Assembly (NCBI GenBank): GCA_037380725.1
Contig: JARRRL010000001.1
Location: 1 to 41,214, forward strand
Length of the DNA: 41,214 nucleotides
Reading direction: 5' to 3'
DNA from: Gammaproteobacteria bacterium
GTDB taxonomy: Bacteria; Pseudomonadota; Gammaproteobacteria; Pseudomonadales; JANQJO01
Position numbers and translations under genes: made by a program. Shown piece after piece: positions 22,818 to 31,318 of the stretch; within the stretch, counting starts at the first letter, position 1; each line of letters opens with the position of its first letter. The notes beneath the pieces are model-generated. The model ran no database searches, had not been told where the DNA came from, and worked only from the letters and a program-made list of their open reading frames with translations.

Positions 22818-24131
22818 ATGCCCAATCACACCACACCCAATCAGCAGGTTGCTACACTCAAACTTCCGAACGGAGAATCCATTGATCTCCCCATTTATCA
22901 AGGCACACTCGGTCAAGATGTCATTGACGTGCGTCCTTTGGCAAGTAAAGGCGCTTTCACTTTTGATCCTGGGTTTGTATCCACAGCGTCCTGCGAATCC
23001 GCCATTACGTTTATTGATGGCAGCAAAGGCATACTATTGCATCGCGGCTATTCCATTGAAGAACTGGCCAAGCATTCGGACTACCTGGAAACGTGCTACT
23101 TGATCTACCACGGCGAATTGCCAACTTCAAAACAAAAAGCCGAATTTGATCAAACGATCAATCATCACACCATGGTACATGAACAGATTCACGTCTTCTA
23201 TAATGGTTTTCGACGCGATGCACATCCCATGGCCATCATGTGTGGCGTCGTCGGCGCGCTCTCCGCTTTTTATCACGATTCACTCGATATTAAAGATGAA
23301 GAACACCGTGAACTTGCAGCCTATCGATTAATCGCTAAGATGCCCACTATAGCCGCTATGTGCTACAAGTACTCAGTTGGTCAACCATTCATGTACCCAC
23401 GAAACGATTTGGACTACGCGTCCAACTTTCTGCACATGATGTTTGGCGTACCCACAGAAACGACACAGATAAACCCCGTATTAGCCCGCGCCATGGACAG
23501 ATTGTTCATTTTGCACTCAGATCATGAGCAAAACGCATCGACTTCCACGGTTCGTTTGGCTGGCTCAAGCGGTGCCAATCCCTTCGCCTGCATTGCTTCC
23601 GGAATTGCCGCACTCTGGGGCCCCGCTCACGGTGGTGCCAACGAAGCGGTGTTAGACATGCTAACCGACATCGGGGACATCTCACAGGTGGGGAAATTCA
23701 TTGCCCGCGCCAAAGACAAAGATGATCCTTTCCGTCTAATGGGTTTCGGACATCGCGTATACAAAAATTACGATCCTCGCGCAACCGTTATGAGGGAAAG
23801 CTGCCACGAGGTACTTCAAGAATTAGGCTTACAAGATGATCCGCTCTTTAAATTGGCGCTGAAACTGGAACAAATCGCTCGAGAAGATGAATACTTCATT
23901 GAGAAAAAATTGTACCCAAACGTCGACTTCTATTCCGGCATCATTCTAAACGCATTGGATGTACCCACAAGTATGTTTACGGTCATCTTTGCGTTAGCGC
24001 GTACAGTAGGCTGGATCACACATTGGCACGAAATGATCAGTGGTAACTACCGTATCGGTCGACCACGTCAGCTGTACATGGGACCAACACAACGCCCTTA
24101 CACGCCCATTGAACAGCGCCACACGTCATAA
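22818..24131 (+). CDS. gltA: type II citrate synthase
   Basis: [60 protein letters not shown]; divergent from sdhC. Confidence 0.98.
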   Translation: MPNHTTPNQQVATLKLPNGESIDLPIYQGTLGQDVIDVRPLASKGAFTFDPGFVSTASCESAITFIDGSKGILLHRGYSIEELAKHSDYLETCYLIYHGELPTSKQKAEFDQTINHHTMVHEQIHVFYNGFRRDAHPMAIMCGVVGALSAFYHDSLDIKDEEHRELAAYRLIAKMPTIAAMCYKYSVGQPFMYPRNDLDYASNFLHMMFGVPTETTQINPVLARAMDRLFILHSDHEQNASTSTVRLAGSSGANPFACIASGIAALWGPAHGGANEAVLDMLTDIGDISQVGKFIARAKDKDDPFRLMGFGHRVYKNYDPRATVMRESCHEVLQELGLQDDPLFKLALKLEQIAREDEYFIEKKLYPNVDFYSGIILNALDVPTSMFTVIFALARTVGWITHWHEMISGNYRIGRPRQLYMGPTQRPYTPIEQRHTS

Positions 24132-24167
24132 GTAAGAGCGAAGAGAGCGAAGAAAGTGAGCGAAAAA

Positions 24168-24220
24168 ATGAGCTGAGGGGCTGTCCCGGTATCAACTCCC
24201 CTCAGTTCATCTCTCTTTTT
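24168..24220. terminator. intrinsic terminator between gltA and a convergent hypothetical gene
   Basis: ATGAGCTGAGGGG...CCCCTCAGTTCAT stem, followed by a T-rich tail and preceded by an A-tract. Confidence 0.7.
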
Positions 24221-24257
24221 AATCGCTACAGATCGCATTATTTCAGATGGTATGATT

Positions 24258-24716
24258 TCAGATAATAAAATCCAACGATGATCCACGCTTGTTCGCAGAG
24301 GAGGATGGTTCCGAATACGAAGCATACTCCTGCGCCAAAGCTTGCGATGGAGACGCATTCGCCGTCTCATCATCCTGACGCAGTGCCTCAGTTCGAGTCG
24401 TTTTATTAACGTGAGTGGCAGCTTGAGTGGCATTATCCGACGCGACAAGCGCTTCACCAGCCTCCGTCCGATTAACGCGACCCTGTGCTGCCGCTGCGGC
24501 ATTTGCACTGCTTAAAGAAACCGCAACTCCCTCTTCGCTATTGCCCACCTGAAGCGCCTTAGCTTGCCCCTCCGAGGTTTCCGTCTTAGCTCCCTCACGA
24601 TCGATGGAAGGGCTGCCGGTTTCCACCGAGCGCAAAGAAGCGGCGGGAGATGACACCACCCCCGAAGCACGATTGCTCAACGTCGTTGATACCGTTGAAG
24701 AAAAAGCTTGAATCAT
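24258..24716 (-). CDS. hypothetical low-complexity Ser/Ala/Thr-rich protein
   Basis: 152-aa ORF with an ATG start that fills the gap between the gltA terminator and the thioesterase promoter region. No catalytic motif; ends GSSLDFII. Confidence 0.6.
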   Translation of the reverse strand: MIQAFSSTVSTTLSNRASGVVSSPAASLRSVETGSPSIDREGAKTETSEGQAKALQVGNSEEGVAVSLSSANAAAAAQGRVNRTEAGEALVASDNATQAATHVNKTTRTEALRQDDETANASPSQALAQEYASYSEPSSSANKRGSSLDFII

Positions 24717-25013
24717 GTGTCATTGCCCCGTTTCTCTGTTCATCAATTTTTCACAAAGTGTGTAGCGCGCGCACGCTAATGCGCCTATCATTTCTTCCTG
24801 CTCCTTATACCTCTTATGATAGTAGCAAGGCATGCCGAAACACTTCAGACTGATTACGCATGAAAACGATCGTAAACAAACACAAAATGACATGACACGC
24901 CCCTTAAACCACAGAAACGAGCCGCACGACAGAACATCATGAAAGCACAGCAACGCACTATCGTGACGTCTATTAAAACAATATTAATATGACATCAATC
25001 GGGAAAACCAGCC

Positions 25014-25406
25014 ATGTTTGAAACCGTCATTACACCTGGATTTTACGAAACTGACGCACTGGGCCACATTAATAATACCGTGCTACCCATGTGGTTTGAA
25101 AAAGCGCGTTTACCACTTTTCAAGCTCTTTACTCCCGATTTGGATCCAAAAAAATGGGCCATCATTGTGGTAAAGATGGAAGTGGAATTCACCGCTCAAA
25201 TGAATTACATTGATGCCGTAACCATAAAAACAGGTGTGAAACACGTTGGAAATAGTTCCTTTGTCGTCGGCCAAAGCTGCTGGCAAAACGATCGAGAAAC
25301 CGCGCGCGGTAGTACAACCCTTGTGCATTTCAACTACAACACACAGCGCTCGATGCCCTTAGATCCCACCACTCGAACAGCCTTGGAGCAACATCCATTC
25401 CACTAG
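25014..25406 (+). CDS. acyl-CoA thioesterase (4HBT/FadM-like hot-dog fold)
   Basis: ETDALGHINN motif, WFEKAR, VGNSSF; 130 aa. Confidence 0.9.
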   Translation: MFETVITPGFYETDALGHINNTVLPMWFEKARLPLFKLFTPDLDPKKWAIIVVKMEVEFTAQMNYIDAVTIKTGVKHVGNSSFVVGQSCWQNDRETARGSTTLVHFNYNTQRSMPLDPTTRTALEQHPFH

Positions 25407-25557
25407 TTTAAGCGCAGCGCTCACGTTTGAAGCCCATCATACAGTGCTACCACAGTGCTATAACTGTCACACACACGCTTGATATTGCTACGCCTTTGCC
25501 TGTGCACAGTTAACGGTTCACCACGCGACCTTATTTCAGAAAATAAAATTATTCTAC

Positions 25558-25585
25558 CTTGAAAACATCACCGCTCACCCCACAT
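25558..25585 (+). promoter_or_regulatory. sigma32 (RpoH) heat-shock promoter
   Basis: CTTGAAA-N13-CCCCACAT about 105 bp upstream of the Hsp20 start. Confidence 0.75.
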
Positions 25586-25691
25586 TTTATCTTAGGTGGC
25601 ATGTAGTCGATCAAGGCGCGGCAATACAAACGCCGCGCCCAGATGCCGATCTACTCAAACCCTACATAAGCAAAGCGATAAGGAGACAAAC

Positions 25692-26159
25692 ATGACGTTG
25701 ACCAAACAATCATCACCCGTACATCGCCAAGCACTTCGTTCAAACGAACCATTTGGTGCTTTTTCCGGGTTGTTCGATGAATTATTGAATTCGCATTTGT
25801 GGCCCACACCCAACAATAATGGCGCATCCGTTCCGCGCGTTGATATTATTGACCGCCAAGACAGCTACGTGATTAAAGCGGAATTACCCGGCGTTAAAAA
25901 AGAAGACATTGATATTACCGTACACGAAGATGTGCTCACCCTAAAAGCCACTTCGCGATCGGAACACGAAGAGACAAACAGCGAAAACAATATTGTGCGT
26001 CAAGAGCGTCGTTATGGCGAATTTCTGCGCCGTTTTGCTCTGCGAGACAACATCACACAATCGGATATACGAGCGGATTATACCGATGGCATCTTGACCT
26101 TAACACTGCCCAAAGCAAGCCCTCAAACGCCACAAGCCACCAAAGTGGAAATTGCCTAA
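25692..26159 (+). CDS. small heat-shock protein (Hsp20/alpha-crystallin)
   Basis: PRVDI, AELPGVKKEDIDI, ERRYGEFLRRF, ADYTDGILTLTLPK, C-terminal VEI (IxI). AAGGAG RBS before ATG 25692. Confidence 0.95.
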   Translation: MTLTKQSSPVHRQALRSNEPFGAFSGLFDELLNSHLWPTPNNNGASVPRVDIIDRQDSYVIKAELPGVKKEDIDITVHEDVLTLKATSRSEHEETNSENNIVRQERRYGEFLRRFALRDNITQSDIRADYTDGILTLTLPKASPQTPQATKVEIA

Positions 26160-26202
26160 TTCTTATTACGAGGCAAGGAAATTACGAGGCAAGTGCGAAG
26201 CA

Positions 26203-26227
26203 AGGGCCACACACCGTGTGTGGCCCT
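26203..26227 (+). terminator. GC-rich hairpin after hsp20 (probable terminator, weak U-tract)
   Basis: AGGGCCACACAC-C-GTGTGTGGCCCT is a perfect inverted repeat. Confidence 0.55.
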
Positions 26228-26455
26228 ATATAAACGCCATACTCGGGAGCCCATACAATGGATAGGTGTCCCATCACAGCACAGCTTTGATCTTCTCGCT
26301 CAAGACATGCACTCTGTTGTTATTCGTCGTATTTGACTTCGCAAAAACAAAACCATCGCAACTAGGCCTAGACAAGCCGTGACCGTGGCGTGTATAACAA
26401 TCATCGATCCTTCATCCCTTTTATTTCATCAGCAAAACTTAAGGCGAATCATTCC

Positions 26456-27100
26456 ATGAGCGAGTTACAATCAATTTCACTGTTCTCCGGATTGGCGAAC
26501 GATACCCTCTCAGCCATCGACCGCCTCACCACCACGCGACAGTACCCCAAGAACAGCATCATCATTAACGAAGGGGACGTATCAAACTCCATGTATTTAC
26601 TGATGGAAGGTCGCGTCAAAGTCTACTTAAGCGAGCAGGATGGTCGTGAGTTCATTCTCAACAATTTGCAACCGGGCGACCATTTTGGTGAGTTTGCACT
26701 CCTGGACGATGAGAAGCGCACGGCTTCAATCATGACAGTAGAACCTTCTATTTTTAAGATCCTTTTGAAAGCTGATTTTGATCGATTGCGACACGAATAC
26801 GCTGAAATAAACGATGTACTTATTGGCAACTTGGTGGGCACCATCCGACACTTGACGGAAAATGTAAAATCTCTTGCGCTAAAAGATGTGTACGGACGTA
26901 TCCGACAACTGTTGCACCAACTGCCAAAAAACGCAGACGGCAGAATTGAAGAAAAATTGACGCAACAGGAAATCGCCAATCGTGTGGGTTCATCCCGCGA
27001 GATGGTGGCGCGCATCTTGAAGAATCTAATTACAGGCGGTTATATCCATATAGAGAAAAAACAAATCACCTTACTAAAACCCCTACCTGAACACTATTAA
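26456..27100 (+). CDS. CRP/FNR-family transcriptional regulator with an intact cNMP-binding cassette
   Basis: FGEFALLDDEKRTA phosphate-binding cassette and HTH LTQQEIANRVGSSREMVARIL. No FNR-type Cys cluster. Confidence 0.93.
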   Translation: MSELQSISLFSGLANDTLSAIDRLTTTRQYPKNSIIINEGDVSNSMYLLMEGRVKVYLSEQDGREFILNNLQPGDHFGEFALLDDEKRTASIMTVEPSIFKILLKADFDRLRHEYAEINDVLIGNLVGTIRHLTENVKSLALKDVYGRIRQLLHQLPKNADGRIEEKLTQQEIANRVGSSREMVARILKNLITGGYIHIEKKQITLLKPLPEHY

Positions 27101-27141
27101 TTTCACTGTTAATTTGAAACGTAAAAAATAATTTTAAAAAT

Positions 27142-27185
27142 AAAAAAGCCACGTTTGGGGATATACCCCCGCCCGTGGCTTTTTT
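27142..27185. terminator. bidirectional intrinsic terminator
   Basis: AAAAAAGCCACG...CGTGGCTTTTTT between the convergent CRP gene and the three-gene module. Confidence 0.8.
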
Positions 27186-27236
27186 GCTTCTTTTATCTCA
27201 GTGATCATCAAGAGCCCAACATTGTCACGCGTTTTG

Positions 27237-28742
27237 TCACGCGTTTAAGCCTTGAAACACCGCGTGCGCATTCGTCATCGCGGCACCACTGATGGCGCTG
27301 CCCGAGAACATTTGGTTGAAGCTACTCAAACCCGCCTCCCCAGCATTCATGGACATGTAGTTCATCACAGCCGCCTCCGCCAAGGTCGCCGGGTTTCCCG
27401 CTACAGGCGAACCATCCGCTGAGACACTTGCACCGGAGTTCACAAAGCCAACCTGTCGGCTATTGGCCGCACGCATCGCTGGCGCAGCTACCGGGTTATA
27501 AACAAGGAAAAAGCCTGCTCCTTTACTGCCGTCATCACCATTCCAGGTACCTTTACCACGACCACCACCGGAATCATCGGTATTACCATTACTGAACACC
27601 GAACCATCGCTGATCACGAAGACCATGATGGGCGTTTGCTTCAAGGCAGCCAATTCCATAATACCACCAATCGCCTGACCAATTTCCTCATCTTTTGCTT
27701 CACCACGCGCTCGCGAACCATTATGGTAATCAGCACCACCAATTTCGACCGTACCCGCTCCTGCAAAGCCATCAATAACCAGCTTCGCAATGCCTGCCGC
27801 ACGATCTAAGGTTTGATTACCCAAATCAGGAAATGCGGCATTGACCATCTGATCTTGAGCCGGATCAAGCAAAGCCGGATTAGCGAAATCTTCCGTCGCT
27901 TTCGCACTGAGCAACGACGCACAATGAATGATGTCTTCCATGGCCTTTTCTTCTTGAATACGATTGAGCTTCATAGCACTGATTTGCTGAATCGCATCCG
28001 CCACAAAGTTCGCGCCACCCAAGCCGCCGGTATCCACCAAACCCGTCGCATCCGAAGAACGTGAAATGACCGAAGGACGCAACGAGGCATCCACCTTAAT
28101 TGCTTGCGATTTCCCACCTGAATCGGAATTTCGCGTACCCACCAAGGCCGTTAACTGTCCCTTAGCGCCCGCTTGCGCTATCGCATACGCTGGATTCAGT
28201 TGGTTATTACCCGAATCATCGTTCGAAGCACAGGGAAACACCGCGCCGTCCATGTTCGCGCGTGTCGTATCGGAGGTGCTCCCCGTAATTCCACGCAAAA
28301 TAGCACTGTCTGCTTGGAACATAAGACCATCAGCACCATTGATAGAAACCACATCTTCCGCCATATTACCGGGTAATCCCAGAGCTGAATAATCAATGCC
28401 AGCTTGATCCATTTGGCCACCGGGACCACCGACCATAATATTACTACCAATAAAATTGCTACCACCAGCACAATCAATGCAAATAAAGCCCATCGGACGA
28501 GCAATACCCGCCGCTGCACCGGTATCGCCACAGTCAGCTAAGGTCGCAGCTAAAACGGTACGCCAAGGAAGCAATACACCGCCAGCCGTTGGCATTAACA
28601 CGCTACCAACACCTGCTGCTAAACCACAAGATAGAAAATCCCGACGTGTCCGGGGGCGATGACCATACTCAGGAAGCGTGGGAGGCACATAGCTTTCAGG
28701 CTTCACCGGTCGATTCATGGGACGCTTTCTTCTGCCAAACAT
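27237..28742 (-). CDS. Tat-exported uncharacterised protein (DUF1501/DUF1552-like)
   Basis: TRRDFL twin-arginine motif with a hydrophobic h-region and VLA cleavage-like site. Core motifs FICIDCAGG, GGADYHNG, VISDGSV. GGAG lies 8 nt before ATG 28742. The family call is by resemblance only. Confidence 0.8.
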   Translation of the reverse strand: MFGRRKRPMNRPVKPESYVPPTLPEYGHRPRTRRDFLSCGLAAGVGSVLMPTAGGVLLPWRTVLAATLADCGDTGAAAGIARPMGFICIDCAGGSNFIGSNIMVGGPGGQMDQAGIDYSALGLPGNMAEDVVSINGADGLMFQADSAILRGITGSTSDTTRANMDGAVFPCASNDDSGNNQLNPAYAIAQAGAKGQLTALVGTRNSDSGGKSQAIKVDASLRPSVISRSSDATGLVDTGGLGGANFVADAIQQISAMKLNRIQEEKAMEDIIHCASLLSAKATEDFANPALLDPAQDQMVNAAFPDLGNQTLDRAAGIAKLVIDGFAGAGTVEIGGADYHNGSRARGEAKDEEIGQAIGGIMELAALKQTPIMVFVISDGSVFSNGNTDDSGGGRGKGTWNGDDGSKGAGFFLVYNPVAAPAMRAANSRQVGFVNSGASVSADGSPVAGNPATLAEAAVMNYMSMNAGEAGLSSFNQMFSGSAISGAAMTNAHAVFQGLNA

Positions 28743-28965
28743 GTGATCCACTCCGTTATGTTTTTCTCTGTAAAACCATTTTTATATAATTCACAATATT
28801 TTTTCTTTTATTCTCTATTGGGCTGGCGGGCTGCGTGCATACCATGACGCTTTTGTAACACCACTTTTGACACACACAGCCCGCCTTCCTCTATCCTTCT
28901 ATTCTTTGTTCCCTAACAATCTTTCTTTCCTAACCCAACAAAACTTGCCTACAGAACTGTTTTTC

Positions 28966-31131
28966 TCAGTCTCTGAGAAAAACCCCAGAACTCGCAGCCA
29001 CCGCCGTACAAACACTGGCGCGTTGTCCATTTGCATTCACGTTGGCACCATCCAGGTTCACCACCAAGGTATCCAATATCGATTGAAGCTCAGCCACCGT
29101 CGGTTGTTTCGATCCGCCTTGGAAAAACAACTTATGCAGATTCTCATAGTACGTCGCATCAACTGCCGGCTGATTATTTCCAAAATGAGTTGTCGCTAAG
29201 TTCTGATCACCCAATATCTCCTGGCAAAATGCCGAACCCAACTTCGTGATCGCTGTTTGGATACCCGCGTTTAAAGTCATGGCATCCGATGAGGTCGGTA
29301 ATGAACTGCGCAACGATTGATACACATCCCGTGTTGCTTGATTCTGCGGATCCACACCCGTGAGGGCCGCAAAGTTGGCGTATATCTCGTCGAACGTAGA
29401 GATACCCACTTCGGTGCTAGGTTGCGGTTTCATCGCTCGAGCAGGCTCAGGTGGTGGTGGCGTCATCACATTAGTTAACGTACCAATGCGTTCGAAGGTC
29501 AACGCAAACACATCCGCTGCGGGCCCATCCTGAATCGGCATGATCGTACCCAGTCGGCTCAGTTGTTGCCCAGAGGCCGTCACGGTTGTCTTCAGGTTTG
29601 CGAACACTTGCGCAGACAGCGGAATCGCACCATTCACCGCAACCCGGATCTTTTCGATTGGGAAAGAACCAGGTCCACCCAGAATCACACGTGGTTGAGC
29701 AAAGATGTAACTTTTCGCATCGTACGTGCCCACGTCCATTTCGATATAAGTGTTCGGGATATTGACCAGTTGACTGATATCAAACTGCAACGCCTTCGTC
29801 TCGATTTGCTCCACTTCTTCCTCTTCTGCCGCTGGTGGTGCCGCCACCACATACTGTTCGGAAGACTGCGCGTAGCGAGCTGCAATTTCTTGAGGATTCA
29901 AAGCACGATTGTAGATCGTCAATTCCATCACATCGCCCGTGAACGGCGCATTGCCACTCCAGTCGTTCCCCACTGTAATGGGCACAAATTCAGCCCAGGC
30001 TAAGGCTCTTGGACCTTCAATAACACCTGTATCTGTCCCATTCACAAAGAAGTGTCGTCCCGCATCAGGTGAATACGACACCACCACGTGATACGTCTGC
30101 CCTACCACCGGATTGAACAGTGGCATCAATGGTGCACTGCCTTGGAACGAAGACAATTGCTGCGCCTCAATCACCAATCCCGTATTTGCATTGGTGGCCA
30201 CATAACCGTAGTTAACGATATTGGGGTATTGCGCCCCAAAAAGACCGGCACTCGGATCCGCACTGGCGTCAATGGAAGCCGCATTAATCCACGTTTCCAC
30301 TGTATATTGGCCCGTGCCATTTGGACCTGCTATGGATTGGAAAATACGCGATGTACCTGTTGCATCCGCATAAGCAGACTGACCAGCTGCTCCACTGAAA
30401 CGCAAACCACCGCCTGTGCGCCAGCCTACGCCACCCGTTAAGGTCAAATCAACCGCTGGATTAGCGCCACTGGTATCACGCGCAAGCGTACCGCTGCCTT
30501 CTTGGAAACGATATTGCGCGATCACGCCAGAAGGCGCCAAATTACCAATAACAGGTTGTTGCGGTTGCTGTGCTTGAGGAGGTGGTTCAATCAGACGCGC
30601 CGGCCCACTGGCTACTTTTAAAGCCTGCGCTTGCGACACCGTACCACCTGCGGCATCACGAAACTGTTGCAGGGCCTGCATCATTTCCTGCGCTGCAACC
30701 GTGCAATCCGTCCAGCACTGATGCTGCTGCTCAACCATCTTGGCGTACATGCGTGTTTCTTCTAGCGCGTTTATATTAATAAACCCTTTCGCTTCTTGAT
30801 ACGCTGTTTCCAAGCTGCTGTGTGCATGCATCGGTGGCATCGGCGACGGCATCTCCGTTGGCGACTCACTGTGACACCCTGCGCAATGCTGCCGTGTTAA
30901 ATTATGAACCGGTGCAAAAGCCGCGACGGGATCACCGCCACCACCACCGCCACCGCCATCACCTAAAATCGCTCCGCCTAAGCCCAAATTTCCCAAATCA
31001 CCACCACAAGCACTCAACGCTAAAGCAGTCGCAACAACTCCGACTCCCTTAATCCATCGACCTCCGTTCAGAAGCATCGACTTCATTGAATGCTGATCAG
31101 GAATGCGCTCATGTTCACCCAGATTCCTCAT
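28966..31131 (-). CDS. lipoprotein with a c-type heme motif and a LamG/ConA-like domain
   Basis: Lipobox LSAC, poly-Gly linker, HCAGCH (CxxCH), HQCWTDC. LamG signatures YRFQEGSG, YTVETWI, YHVVVSY, FFVNG, FTGDVMELTIYNRAL. Start is 31131 or 31086. Confidence 0.85.
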   Translation of the reverse strand: MRNLGEHERIPDQHSMKSMLLNGGRWIKGVGVVATALALSACGGDLGNLGLGGAILGDGGGGGGGGDPVAAFAPVHNLTRQHCAGCHSESPTEMPSPMPPMHAHSSLETAYQEAKGFININALEETRMYAKMVEQQHQCWTDCTVAAQEMMQALQQFRDAAGGTVSQAQALKVASGPARLIEPPPQAQQPQQPVIGNLAPSGVIAQYRFQEGSGTLARDTSGANPAVDLTLTGGVGWRTGGGLRFSGAAGQSAYADATGTSRIFQSIAGPNGTGQYTVETWINAASIDASADPSAGLFGAQYPNIVNYGYVATNANTGLVIEAQQLSSFQGSAPLMPLFNPVVGQTYHVVVSYSPDAGRHFFVNGTDTGVIEGPRALAWAEFVPITVGNDWSGNAPFTGDVMELTIYNRALNPQEIAARYAQSSEQYVVAAPPAAEEEEVEQIETKALQFDISQLVNIPNTYIEMDVGTYDAKSYIFAQPRVILGGPGSFPIEKIRVAVNGAIPLSAQVFANLKTTVTASGQQLSRLGTIMPIQDGPAADVFALTFERIGTLTNVMTPPPPEPARAMKPQPSTEVGISTFDEIYANFAALTGVDPQNQATRDVYQSLRSSLPTSSDAMTLNAGIQTAITKLGSAFCQEILGDQNLATTHFGNNQPAVDATYYENLHKLFFQGGSKQPTVAELQSILDTLVVNLDGANVNANGQRASVCTAVAASSGVFLRD

Positions 31132-31318
31132 CGAACTACCCTACCTTATTATTCTAATTTCTCTCACGAGCCACGCGATAGTGTTATGACAAAAAATGTT
31201 GTGACAAAAACCGCACGCCGCCCCTTTTTTGTTAAGCTTCTCGCTAAGCACCCAACACAACCGCCGACGTCAAATCGTACTGCACAAGTACGTCGTCAAA
31301 CGGGCTCCCCCGCAATCA

